Of a stretch of DNA of 32,000 bases, positions 22,442 to 31,336 are shown in pieces. The stretch is from Cupriavidus necator (GTDB lineage: Bacteria; Pseudomonadota; Gammaproteobacteria; Burkholderiales; Burkholderiaceae): positions 3,240,001 to 3,272,000 of the forward strand of contig NZ_CP066018.1 in NCBI RefSeq assembly GCF_016127575.1, read 5' to 3'. The translations under genes were made by a program, and so were the position numbers. The first letter of the stretch is position 1. The number at the start of each line of letters is the position of its first letter. The notes below the pieces were generated by a model. It saw only the letters and a program-made list of their open reading frames with translations, had not been told where the DNA came from and made no database searches.

Positions 22442-23552
22442 CCTCTCCTTGACCCGCGGCGGCGACGGCAACAGGCCGTCGGGCCCGCCGCTGTGGCGCC
22501 GCGCCGCGTCGGCGCGCACGCGCGACCTGGCCTGGACCACGCTCTCGCCGCCGCTGCTGGCGGCGGTGCCGGGCGCGGCCCCGGCGCGCTGGCCCGCCGG
22601 CACGCTGGCCGCCTGGCAACACTGGCTGGAAGCCGCTGACCCCGCCACGCTGCCCGCCACCATCGACGAACTGGCCGACGGCCACGTCGCCCCTTCCGCC
22701 GACGATCCCGACCAGGATCCCGCCAGCCGCAGCCTGCGCCTGGGCCGCCATGCCGAGCGGCTGCTGCATTTTGCGCTGCGCCATATGCAGGGGCTGTCGC
22801 TGCTGGCCGCCAACGTGCCGGTGCGGTGCGCAGGACGGCAGGGTATCCGCACGCTGGGTGAGCTGGACTTTATCTGGCGCGAGCAGGCGTCGGGCGCGGT
22901 GGTCCACTGGGAGATGGCGGCCAAGTTCTACCTGATGGCGCCTGGCGACAGCCAGGTAGCGCGGGCGCAGGATTTCGTCGGCCCGAACCTGGTCGACCGC
23001 CTTGGCGACAAGCTGGGCCACATCGTGCACCGCCAGCTGCCGCTGGGCTGCACCGCGGAGGCACAGGCCCTGCTGGGACATACGGTGGACCGCAGCGAGG
23101 TCTACCTGCTGGGCTGGCTGTTCTATCACGATGGCCGGGTGCCGCCGGGGCTGGATGCGCTGGGCATCGCGCCAGACCATTTGCACGGCTGGTGGTCCAC
23201 GCTCGATGACTGGGCCGCCCGCGCAGCCGCTCGGCCCGGCTTGCGCTGGTGCCGCCTGCCACGTACCGGCTGGCTGTCGGGCGCGCTGGTGCCCGAATCC
23301 GGCACGGAAGAAGCCGGCGCGCTGCGCGCGATGCTGGCGCAGCGCTTTGCCGACCCGCGCCATGACCACGGCTGGCGGCGCGAATCTCCGGTGATGCTGT
23401 GCGAACTGGAGCCGGCCGGGCCAGAGGCGCCAGGCTGGTGGCGCGAATGCTCGCGCGGGTTCGTGGTGCCGCCGGGGTGGGAAGAGCGGGCGCTGGCGCG
23501 GGCGGCGGAGCCGCCAAGACCGGGGCCGCAGGCCGCGCAGGACGCGGCCTGA
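22416..23552 (+). CDS. DUF1853 family protein (possible PD-(D/E)XK-like fold)
   Basis: GGGAGG lies upstream of ATG 22416, which sits 26 nt inside the UDG gene. RLGRHAERLLHFAL...GELDFIW...VHWEMAAKFYL...DRLGDKLGHIVHRQL matches my recollection of DUF1853. Confidence 0.75.
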   Translation: MTVRELGPDLSLTRGGDGNRPSGPPLWRRAASARTRDLAWTTLSPPLLAAVPGAAPARWPAGTLAAWQHWLEAADPATLPATIDELADGHVAPSADDPDQDPASRSLRLGRHAERLLHFALRHMQGLSLLAANVPVRCAGRQGIRTLGELDFIWREQASGAVVHWEMAAKFYLMAPGDSQVARAQDFVGPNLVDRLGDKLGHIVHRQLPLGCTAEAQALLGHTVDRSEVYLLGWLFYHDGRVPPGLDALGIAPDHLHGWWSTLDDWAARAAARPGLRWCRLPRTGWLSGALVPESGTEEAGALRAMLAQRFADPRHDHGWRRESPVMLCELEPAGPEAPGWWRECSRGFVVPPGWEERALARAAEPPRPGPQAAQDAA

Positions 23553-23567
23553 CCTTCGCTGCGCCGG

Positions 23568-24956
23568 CTAGTGGTGCTTGTCCTCGCCGATCATCGCCAG
23601 CGAGTTGAAGGTGCGCGCGTTGTACTTGTGCAGCTTGAGCACCAGCGCCATGGTCACGCAGATAAACAGGCCCAGTGCGACGATGACCACGCCGATCGGC
23701 ACGTTCAGCTTGATCAGCAGCGCATACAGGCACAGCATCAGCAGCACCGAGACGTTCTCATTGAAGTTCTGCACCGCGATGGAGTGGCCGGCCGACAGCA
23801 GCACGTGCCCGCGGTGCTGCAGCAGCGCGTTCATCGGCACCACGAAGTAGCCAGACATGGCGCCCACCACCATCAGGAACACATAGGCAATGGCCATGTA
23901 CAGCGGCATCTGCAGGCCCATCACGTCCAGCGTGACATTGGGCATTGCATCCTTGGTGTAGAACGCCATGATCATCACGGTGGCGCCCATTGCCACGCCA
24001 AAGGGCAGCACCGACAGTGACTTGCGCAGCGGGATGCGCGCCGCGGCCAGGATCGCGCCCACGGCCACGCCCACGGCCACCACGGCCTGCAGCAGCGCGC
24101 CCTGGGACAGGTTCAGGCCCAGCGATTTCTCGGCCCACTTCAGCACGATGAACTGCAGCGTGGCGCCCACGCCCCAGAACAGCGTGGTCACCGCCAGCGA
24201 GATCTGTCCCAGCTTGTCGCGCCACAGCGCCACGAAGCAGTCGCCGAACTCGGCGATCAGCCTGATCGGGTTCTTTTCCTGCGCCGGATAGCGGGCGCCG
24301 GTATCGGGGATGAACAGGTTGAAGATCGAGGCGACCACGTAGAACAGCATGATCACCACCATCGCGGCCTCGGCCGGGGTGTCGATGCCGGTGTTCAGGA
24401 ACGGGACATCCAGCTGCAGCAGCATGCCTGACACGTGCACGGAAATCAGCGCGCCGCCGACCACGGTGCCCAGGATGATCGAGCCCACCGTCAGGCCTTC
24501 GATCCAGCCATTGGCCAGCACCAGTTTCTCCGGCGGCAGCAGCTCGGTCAGGATGCCGTACTTGGCCGGCGAGTACGCCGCCGCGCCGAATCCCACCACG
24601 CCATACGCCAGCAGCGGGTGCAGCCCGAACATCATGATGGCGCAGCCGACCACCTTGATGGCGTTGGTGATGAGCATCACCCGCCCCTTGGGCATGGAGT
24701 CGGCAAAGGCGCCGACGAAGGCGGCGAGAACGACGTAGGAAAGAACGAAGAACAGCTTGAGCAGCGGGGTCATCCACTGCGGGGAATGCAATTCGGTGAG
24801 AAGGGCGATGGCGGCGATCAGTAAGGCATTGTCGGCCAGCGAAGAAAAAAACTGCGCGGCCATGATGGTGTAAAAACCCTTCTTCATGCTGTCGACTTTT
24901 TCTCCATCGCGAGCTCCGCTCAGGTTGGCCAGGCTGGCGCCCACCGGGGAGGCCAT
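23568..24956 (-). CDS. lplT: lysophospholipid transporter LplT (MFS)
   Basis: KKGFYTIMAAQFFSSLADNALLIAAIALL...FADSMPKGRVM...AAAYSPAKYGILTELLP... is collinear with E. coli LplT. The start is uncertain: ATG 24956 (GC3-rich from there), 24887, or 25049 (A-ending codons, unlikely). Confidence 0.85.
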   Translation of the reverse strand: MASPVGASLANLSGARDGEKVDSMKKGFYTIMAAQFFSSLADNALLIAAIALLTELHSPQWMTPLLKLFFVLSYVVLAAFVGAFADSMPKGRVMLITNAIKVVGCAIMMFGLHPLLAYGVVGFGAAAYSPAKYGILTELLPPEKLVLANGWIEGLTVGSIILGTVVGGALISVHVSGMLLQLDVPFLNTGIDTPAEAAMVVIMLFYVVASIFNLFIPDTGARYPAQEKNPIRLIAEFGDCFVALWRDKLGQISLAVTTLFWGVGATLQFIVLKWAEKSLGLNLSQGALLQAVVAVGVAVGAILAAARIPLRKSLSVLPFGVAMGATVMIMAFYTKDAMPNVTLDVMGLQMPLYMAIAYVFLMVVGAMSGYFVVPMNALLQHRGHVLLSAGHSIAVQNFNENVSVLLMLCLYALLIKLNVPIGVVIVALGLFICVTMALVLKLHKYNARTFNSLAMIGEDKHH

Positions 24957-25460
24957 GGTTTGCAGGGAACCTTGTGCCGCGGCCGTGTCGAATTGTGTCT
25001 GTGGTGCTGCGCTGCGGCGCCTTGAGGCTTGCCTGACAGTCATTGACATAATGCTTCGCTTTTAGAACATGGCCGGAGCGTCCGGCTTTATATCACGAAA
25101 ACATGACATTCCCGAACCCCGGCAAGGGCTCTTTTTGACAGCGGATTGCCGTGCCGATTCCCCAATGACCCCCGGCAACGGCATCTGAATGTGTTCAAAT
25201 AACGGCTGCGATCGCGACCAGCCGACCGGGTCTTCCCCGATCTGGTGCGTGGTCGAACCGATATGGTGACTGGGATACAAGGGCGTGCCAATTCCGCACA
25301 TTCCCGCATGCCAGTCGCCGCAACATGCTGCTGCACACCGACAGGTGACGTTTGCGCCATCGATACTGAGACAGAGCCGTACTTCCAGCGCCCGCGCCGG
25401 CCGCCCACGCCGCCAGCGGCGCCGCCGGCTTGCTCGTCCGCTTCCTGAGATGTGACTTCC

Positions 25461-26582
25461 ATGCCAAGACCCATCCACGCTGTCATCCACCAACCCGCCC
25501 TGGCCAACAATCTCGACATCATCCGCGGCAAGGCGCCGGAGTCGCGCATCTGGGCGGTGGTCAAGGCCAATGCCTACGGCCATGGCATCCGCCGCGTCTT
25601 TGCCGCCCTGCGGGGCGCCGACGGCTTCGGCCTGCTGGACCTGAACGAGGCCGTGCTGCTGCGCGACCTTGGCTGGCAGGGCCCGATCCTGCTGCTGGAG
25701 GGCTTCTTCCAGCCGCAGGATGTTGCCGTCATCGAACAATACCGCCTGACCACCGCGATCCATTGCGACGAGCAACTGCGCATGCTGGAAAGCGCACGCG
25801 CCAAGGGACCGCTGGCGATCCAGCTCAAGCTCAATACCGGCATGAACCGGCTCGGCTTCCATCCGGCCGCTTACCGTACCGCCTGGGAGCGCGCACGCGC
25901 CATGCCCTGTGTGGGCAGTATCGTCCATATGACCCATTTTTCCGATGCGGATAGTGCCCGAGGCGTGGCCCACCAGATCGAGGCTTTCGACGCCGCTACG
26001 GCCAACCTGCCGGGGGAGGCCAGCCTGTCGAACTCGGCCGCAGTGCTGTGGCACCCGCAGGCGCACCGCGCCTGGGTGCGCCCCGGCATCATCCTGTATG
26101 GCGCCTCGCCGACCGGGCGCGATGCCGATATTGCCGGCACCGGCCTGCAGCCCGCCATGTCGCTGCACAGCGAACTGATCTCGGTGCAGGACCTGCAGCC
26201 GGGCGATACCGTCGGCTACGGCTCCTTGTTCACCGCCGAGCGGCCGATGCGCATCGGCGTGGTGGCATGCGGCTATGCCGACGGCTACCCGCGCCATGCG
26301 TCGGGCTGGGGCGAGCAGCGCGCACCGGTGCTGGTCGATGGCGTGCGCACCGAACTGGTCGGGCGCGTGTCGATGGACATGCTGTGCGTGGACCTGACCC
26401 CGTGCCCGAAGGCCAGGGTCGGCAGCCCGGTCACGCTGTGGGGCCAGGGCCTGCCGATCGACGAGGTGGCGCAAGCCAGCGGCACGGTGGGCTATGAGCT
26501 GATGTGCGCACTGGCCCCGCGCGTGCCGACCTCGGTGGCGACGATCACGGCTTCGGACAGCGCCGCGCCTGCCGTGGCCTGA
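25461..26582 (+). CDS. alr: alanine racemase
   Basis: The translation reads [22 protein letters not shown]...[12 protein letters not shown] (PLP lysine)...[10 protein letters not shown]...[11 protein letters not shown]. Confidence 0.93.
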   Translation: MPRPIHAVIHQPALANNLDIIRGKAPESRIWAVVKANAYGHGIRRVFAALRGADGFGLLDLNEAVLLRDLGWQGPILLLEGFFQPQDVAVIEQYRLTTAIHCDEQLRMLESARAKGPLAIQLKLNTGMNRLGFHPAAYRTAWERARAMPCVGSIVHMTHFSDADSARGVAHQIEAFDAATANLPGEASLSNSAAVLWHPQAHRAWVRPGIILYGASPTGRDADIAGTGLQPAMSLHSELISVQDLQPGDTVGYGSLFTAERPMRIGVVACGYADGYPRHASGWGEQRAPVLVDGVRTELVGRVSMDMLCVDLTPCPKARVGSPVTLWGQGLPIDEVAQASGTVGYELMCALAPRVPTSVATITASDSAAPAVA

Positions 26583-26629
26583 TCCGGGGCGTTGGTGCGG
26601 GCGCTGGCCCGCGCACTTGCCATCTGCCG

Positions 26630-26661
26630 GCCGGGCCACTTGTGGGCCCGGCTCGTTTTTT
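26630..26661 (+). terminator. intrinsic terminator after alr
   Basis: GCCGGGCC (26630-26637) pairs with GGCCCGGC (26645-26652), followed by TCG and T6 (26656-26661). It ends 17 nt before the radA start. Confidence 0.7.
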
Positions 26662-26677
26662 CCTGCAAGGACATCCG

Positions 26678-28039
26678 TTGGCCAAGACCAAGACTGTCTA
26701 TACATGTACTGAATGCGGCGGCACCACGCCGCGCTGGGCCGGCCAGTGCCCGCATTGCCAGCAATGGAACACGCTGGTGGAGACGGTGGCCGAGTCCGCC
26801 GCGAACAAGCGCTTCCAGCCGCTGGCGGCCTCGGCCACGGTGCGCAAGCTGTCGGAGATCGATGCCGCCGACGTGCCGCGCTTTTCCAGCGGCATCGATG
26901 AATTCGACCGCGTGCTGGGCGGCGGCCTGGTGTCGGGCGGGGTGGTGCTGATCGGCGGCGATCCCGGCATCGGCAAGTCCACGCTGCTGCTGCAGGCACT
27001 GGCCAACCTTGCGGGCCAGCGCCGCGTGCTCTACGTCAGCGGCGAAGAATCCGGTGCGCAGATCGCGCTGCGCGCGCAGCGGCTGGGCGTGGAAAGCCCG
27101 TCACTGGGGCTGCTCGCCGAAATCCAGCTGGAGAAGATCCAGGCCACGCTGGAAGTGGAAAAGCCCGAAGTCGCGGTGATCGACTCGATCCAGACGCTGT
27201 ACTCCGAGGCGTTGACCTCCGCGCCGGGCTCGGTCGCGCAGGTGCGCGAATGCGCGGCGCAGCTGACGCGCATTGCCAAGAGCAGCGGCATCACCATCAT
27301 CCTGGTCGGCCACGTGACCAAGGAAGGCAGCCTGGCCGGTCCGCGCGTGCTGGAGCATATCGTCGATACGGTGCTGTATTTCGAGGGCGATACCCATTCC
27401 TCGCACCGGCTGATCCGCGCCTTCAAGAACCGCTTCGGCGCGGTCAATGAGCTGGGCGTGTTTGCCATGACCGAGCGCGGCCTGCGCGGCATCAGCAATC
27501 CGTCGGCGCTGTTCCTGTCGCAGCACGAAGAGACCGTGCCGGGCTCATGCGTGCTGGTGACGCAGGAGGGCACGCGTCCGCTGCTGGTGGAGATCCAGGC
27601 GCTGGTCGATACCGCCCATGTGCCCAACCCGCGCCGGCTGGCGGTGGGCCTTGAGCAGAACCGGCTGGCGCTGCTGCTGGCAGTGCTGCACCGGCACGCG
27701 GGCATAGCCTGCTTTGACCAGGACGTGTTCCTCAACGCTGTGGGCGGGGTCAAGATCACCGAACCCGCCGCCGATCTCGCGGTGCTGCTGTCGATCCACT
27801 CGTCGATGCGCAACAAGCCGCTGCCGCGCGGCCTGGTGGTGTTCGGCGAAGTCGGCCTGGCCGGCGAGATCCGGCCCAGCCCGCGCGGGCAGGAGCGTCT
27901 GAAGGAAGCCGCCAAGCTGGGCTTTACGATCGCCGTGATTCCTAAGGCGAACGCGCCCAAACAGAAGATCGACGGGCTCGAAGTGATCGCGGTGGAACGC
28001 ATCGAGCAGGCCATCGACCGCGTGCGCCATCTGGACTGA
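26678..28039 (+). CDS. radA: DNA repair protein RadA (Sms)
   Basis: A TTG start gives (M)AKTKTVYTCTECGGTTPRWAGQCPHCQQWNT, the zinc finger. Walker A is GGDPGIGKSTLLLQ, and the KNRFG motif and a Lon-like C-terminal domain are present. The upstream part of the 26504 ORF overlaps the alr end and its terminator. Confidence 0.93.
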   Translation: MAKTKTVYTCTECGGTTPRWAGQCPHCQQWNTLVETVAESAANKRFQPLAASATVRKLSEIDAADVPRFSSGIDEFDRVLGGGLVSGGVVLIGGDPGIGKSTLLLQALANLAGQRRVLYVSGEESGAQIALRAQRLGVESPSLGLLAEIQLEKIQATLEVEKPEVAVIDSIQTLYSEALTSAPGSVAQVRECAAQLTRIAKSSGITIILVGHVTKEGSLAGPRVLEHIVDTVLYFEGDTHSSHRLIRAFKNRFGAVNELGVFAMTERGLRGISNPSALFLSQHEETVPGSCVLVTQEGTRPLLVEIQALVDTAHVPNPRRLAVGLEQNRLALLLAVLHRHAGIACFDQDVFLNAVGGVKITEPAADLAVLLSIHSSMRNKPLPRGLVVFGEVGLAGEIRPSPRGQERLKEAAKLGFTIAVIPKANAPKQKIDGLEVIAVERIEQAIDRVRHLD

Positions 28040-28042
28040 GCC

Positions 28043-28723
28043 ATGGACGACGGCATCGCCTTCGAGACCGAACGCCTGCGGCTGCGCCAGTGGCGCGAGG
28101 CGGACTATGCGCCGTTTGCCGCGCTCAATGCCGACGCGCAGGTGATGCGCTATTTCCCTGCGCCGCTGGCGCGTGTTGAAAGCGATGCGTTGGCCGACCA
28201 CTGCCGCAGCCTGATCGCAGCGAAGGGATGGGGCGTCTGGGTGGCGCAGCGCAAGGCGGACGGTGTTTTCCTGGGGTTTGTCGGACTGCACGAGCCCACC
28301 GCGGCGCTGCCGTTCGCGCCCTGCGTGGAGATCGCCTGGCGCCTGGCGCGGCACGCCTGGGGCAGCGGCTACGCGACCGAGGCGGCACGCGGCGCGCTTG
28401 CCTGGGGCTTTGAGCGGCTGGGGCTGGATGAGATCGTGTCTTTCACGACACTCGCCAATGCCCGCTCGCGGGCGGTCATGGAAAGGCTCGGCATGCGTGA
28501 GGATGCCGTGGGTTTCGAGCATCCCGCGTTGCCGCCAGGGCACCCCTTGCGGCCCCATTGCCTGTACCGTTTGCCGCGTACGGCGTGGCAGGCAGCAGGC
28601 AGCCGGCGCATAGCACCCCTGCGTCAATCCGCCACAGGGCAGGGGGCTTGCGCTGCATGTGACGCCAACTGCAGGCGCTGCAAAATAGGTAATAATGCGC
28701 AGCAATGCCGCGCCATCCACTGA
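28043..28723 (+). CDS. GNAT-family N-acetyltransferase (RimJ/RimL-like) with an atypical Cys-rich C-terminal tail
   Basis: ETERLRLRQWREADYAPFAALNADAQVMRYF...IAWRLARHAWGSGYATEAARGALAWGF...ANARSRAVMERLGM match the family. The last approximately 43 codons use rare A/T-ending codons. Confidence 0.85.
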   Translation: MDDGIAFETERLRLRQWREADYAPFAALNADAQVMRYFPAPLARVESDALADHCRSLIAAKGWGVWVAQRKADGVFLGFVGLHEPTAALPFAPCVEIAWRLARHAWGSGYATEAARGALAWGFERLGLDEIVSFTTLANARSRAVMERLGMREDAVGFEHPALPPGHPLRPHCLYRLPRTAWQAAGSRRIAPLRQSATGQGACAACDANCRRCKIGNNAQQCRAIH

Positions 28724-28757
28724 CGGCACCGCTTACCGGATTACCTGATCACCCACT

Positions 28758-29243
28758 ATGCAAGCCAACTCACGCGCCTATTTCCTGCTGATCGCCCTCG
28801 TTTCCTTCGGCCTGGTCGGCGTTGCGCTCTACCTGCAGTTTGAAAAGGGCTACCAGCCTTGCCCGCTCTGCGTGATGCAGCGCTTTGCCTTTATCGGCAT
28901 CGGCATCTTCTCGCTGCTGGCCGCCGTGGCGCAGAATACACGCTCGCTGTGGCAGGGCCTGGGCATGCTGTCCGGCATTGCCGGGATTGCGGTGGCGGTC
29001 TACCACGTGTCGCTGCTGCTCAATCCCAAGGCCAGCTGCGGCATCGATCCGCTGGAGAACTGGGTCAACGCGCTGCCGACTGCCAAGGCGCTGCCGCAGG
29101 TGTTCTACGCGGATGGCCTGTGCACCGCGCCGCTGCCGCCGGTTCTGGGGCTGTCGGTGCCGGCATGGTCGCTGATCTGGCTGTTTATCCTGACGCTGAC
29201 GCTGGCGGTGGGGTTGATCCGGCGCGAGAAGAATTTCCGCTGA
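28758..29243 (+). CDS. dsbB: disulfide bond formation protein B
   Basis: The translation reads YFLLIALVSFGLVGVALYLQFEKGYQPCPLCVMQRFAF. The CxxC is in the first periplasmic loop and a second Cys pair (SCGIDP...GLCT) is present. There are four hydrophobic segments. Confidence 0.93.
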   Translation: MQANSRAYFLLIALVSFGLVGVALYLQFEKGYQPCPLCVMQRFAFIGIGIFSLLAAVAQNTRSLWQGLGMLSGIAGIAVAVYHVSLLLNPKASCGIDPLENWVNALPTAKALPQVFYADGLCTAPLPPVLGLSVPAWSLIWLFILTLTLAVGLIRREKNFR

Positions 29244-29262
29244 GTGGTGAATTGATAAAGAA

Positions 29263-29292
29263 ACCGGCGCACCAGGCGCCGGTGTTTGTTTG
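29263..29292 (+). terminator. intrinsic terminator after dsbB
   Basis: ACCGGCGC (29263-29270) pairs with GCGCCGGT (29276-29283) around loop ACCAG, followed by GTTTGTTTG. Confidence 0.75.
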
Positions 29293-29344
29293 ATGCAACG
29301 GATTTTCGAGCAGCGCTGGTTTGCTTTGACGTAGTCGGGTAGTA

Positions 29345-29551
29345 CCTGTTGCGCAGGGCCAGCCACAGTAGCTTGATCGCCGCCGCCACGGCCCGGCACT
29401 CCTTTCTGCTGGCGTATCCCAGGCTGTTGCGGATCAGATGCATGATGCAGGACTGCAGCCTCGTTTGGGGGAACACCGCGTTCAGGGCCTGTTCCATGCC
29501 CTTGAGGCCGTCAGTTACCGCAGTCAGGATGTCCTGGGTGCAGTGGTCCGG
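29345..29551 (-). mobile_element. IS256-family (Mutator-type) transposase gene remnant, N-terminally truncated and internally deleted
   Basis: The minus-strand translation is QDILTAVTDGLKGMEQALNAVFPQTRLQSCIMHLIRNSLGYASRKECRAVAAAIK, the central DDE region with its DGLKG...FP...Q.C..H..RN pattern. It joins directly to LLWLALRN, a far C-terminal motif of the family, at about 29371/29372. An in-frame stop lies at 29552-29554. Confidence 0.75.
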
Positions 29552-29601
29552 CTAGCCACTACTCCGTCTCGCTCTTAGCAAGTTGAGAGCGCCTTCTGAA
29601 A

Positions 29602-30942
29602 CTATTCCATATTATTTCCCGGGGCCTGAAGGATGCTTTGTCCATGCAGGCCGCTGCCACCATTTCCCTCGACCAACTCCGAAGGGAGGGCCTGTGACTG
29701 GGCGACAGAAATCCTGGTTTCATTCTTGAAGCATCTACTGATGTGCCGTGCCAACTGTGGAGCCGCATATTTTGCGCCATAGATGAAACGCAGAGCAGGC
29801 CCAAAGCTCAGCGCGGCGGCCGGCCCAACCACATATAGGTCGCGTACATTGGTTTCGAAATTGCGCGTCAGACTTGGCGAGCCGTCAATGAGTGAAAGCG
29901 AATTCAAGAGTTCCTGGGAAATGAAGGAATGTCTGGTCATGTCAACCTTGAACCCCGTCGCGACAACAACATGATCAGCGCTAAGGCAGGACGTTTCGTT
30001 CCTGGTCGCGACCTGCAGAACTACCTGACCATTCTTGACTTCGGCCTGCCTGATTTCAGTCTGAGTCAGGATATCAATCTTGCCATCCACGCGATTGCGC
30101 AGCCACCAGGCACCCGACGGTCCCCACCCAGTCTCTAGAGTTCTCTTGCGGCGCTCAAGATTCATCATGTGGAAGACAATAGGGTACTCGGACACCAAGA
30201 AGGAAGACAAAAGAGCGCTCGGAGTATTCGACTGCCAACCGCGTCCTATCCCGACGTGCGATCTCAGTAGCCTTGAGATACCCCCACGGGAGGTACGCGG
30301 TTCATTACTCCAATTCACAGTCGCTCCGCGCACGAGTAAGCGAACCCGCGCTCCGATCTCGCTCAACAGTGCGGCGAGCCCGATTGCCGACTGACCTCCG
30401 CCCACAACGACGATGTTCTTGTTCTTAGCCCATTCCAGACTCCCGAATTCGCTGGAGTGAACCACGTAAGGTGTCGGCATGCCCTGTAGTGCTGGAGGCA
30501 TTTGCGAAAATCCCTTCAGACCCAAAGCCATTACCACGCGCCGCGCCGCCAGGGAACTGCCGTCGCCCAGGGCCAGCCGGAAGAATCCATCCTTGCGGTG
30601 CATATCGACAACTTCCACTGCGCGAACATGACTGACCAACTGCGACTGAAACCAAAGCCCGTATTCCACAAAGAGCTCGAGCGGCAGGTGCATACCAATC
30701 GGCTTATATTCAATACGATTGCGACGGCAATATTCTTCAATCGTATAGCCTTCCCGCGGCGCATAGAGATTCGAGGCAAATCCTTCCGAGCGCAACAGCA
30801 TGCCTGGAGGCATGAAATTCCTCCAGGCATGCATTGGTTTCCCAAGAATTTGATGTGGCACGCCAGCTGAGGTCAGGTAGGCCGAAACCGATAAGCCATA
30901 GGGACCAGCTCCGATGATAACCGTATCCGTTGACGAGATCAT
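29602..30942 (-). CDS. FAD/NAD(P)-binding flavoprotein, class B monooxygenase-like (FMO / N-hydroxylase type)
   Basis: AAGGGGAAGAG lies upstream of ATG 30942. The first dinucleotide motif is VIIGAGPYG at residues 8-16, the second is VVVGGGQSA, and ATGF is near the C-terminal third. Local GC is about 50%. Confidence 0.8.
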   Translation of the reverse strand: MISSTDTVIIGAGPYGLSVSAYLTSAGVPHQILGKPMHAWRNFMPPGMLLRSEGFASNLYAPREGYTIEEYCRRNRIEYKPIGMHLPLELFVEYGLWFQSQLVSHVRAVEVVDMHRKDGFFRLALGDGSSLAARRVVMALGLKGFSQMPPALQGMPTPYVVHSSEFGSLEWAKNKNIVVVGGGQSAIGLAALLSEIGARVRLLVRGATVNWSNEPRTSRGGISRLLRSHVGIGRGWQSNTPSALLSSFLVSEYPIVFHMMNLERRKRTLETGWGPSGAWWLRNRVDGKIDILTQTEIRQAEVKNGQVVLQVATRNETSCLSADHVVVATGFKVDMTRHSFISQELLNSLSLIDGSPSLTRNFETNVRDLYVVGPAAALSFGPALRFIYGAKYAAPQLARHISRCFKNETRISVAQSQALPSELVEGNGGSGLHGQSILQAPGNNME

Positions 30943-31033
30943 TATTGCTCTTCCCCTTAAACTTGCCTGGCTTGCGGAGCCGCGCAGTACGGACCACCGC
31001 ATGATGCTGCGGGTGCAGAAAATCATTCTTGAA

Positions 31034-31336
31034 TCATTTTTCCGGTGCTGTCATGTCTTCGATAAAATCATGCCACTGAAAGTGCGAACCAAATAACCAC
31101 AGGCGCGGGGCGACCATAGTGCGGCGCCTTGAGAGATCAACCGCTCTATTGACTTCACGATTGACCATCGGGCGCGCCAATCCAGGCAATTGAACAGTTG
31201 CGATCGCCCAATTCAGCGTGTCCAATAGATCGGCGTGGCGTGCTGCACAGCGATTTCCGATTGCTTCTATCGTGCCGTCCAGCCAGATTAAGGCAATCCA
31301 GAACCAGGCCGCCGTGTCTTCTGTACGGGCGCGCAC
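31034..31336 (-). CDS. hypothetical protein; may be the 3' part of a frameshifted gene with 31155..31505
   Basis: The translation is natural-looking and Trp-rich (AAWFWIALIWLDGTIEAIGNRCAARHADLLDTLNWAIATVQLPG...WLFGSHFQWHDFIEDM). It ends 8 nt before the ORF containing the flavoprotein gene. The start is GTG and no SD is visible. Confidence 0.4.
   Translation of the reverse strand: MRARTEDTAAWFWIALIWLDGTIEAIGNRCAARHADLLDTLNWAIATVQLPGLARPMVNREVNRAVDLSRRRTMVAPRLWLFGSHFQWHDFIEDMTAPEK

Noticed and set aside
18214-23733. ORFs 18214..19749(+), 18707..19975(-), 19954..20850(-), 20928..21800(-), 21295..22299(-), 21476..22924(-), 22125..23369(-) and 22870..23733(-)
   Set aside because: All of them overlap the MFS, tsaB, rimI, UDG and DUF1853 genes, either in another frame or antisense. 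Their translations are Arg/Pro/Ala/Gly low-complexity. None has a start context, whereas the chosen genes are chained by SD sequences and overlapping stop/start codons.
25062-26999. 645-aa minus-strand ORF spanning the lplT-alr gap, all of alr and the start of radA
   Set aside because: It is antisense to two unambiguous genes, alr and radA. The composition is Arg/Ala/Pro/Gly-dominated and no motifs are present. The only part outside known genes (25062-25301, beginning MCGIG...) has no usable ribosome-binding site, only intermediate GC3, and no similarity to real Ntn-amidotransferase N-termini beyond the four letters MCGI.
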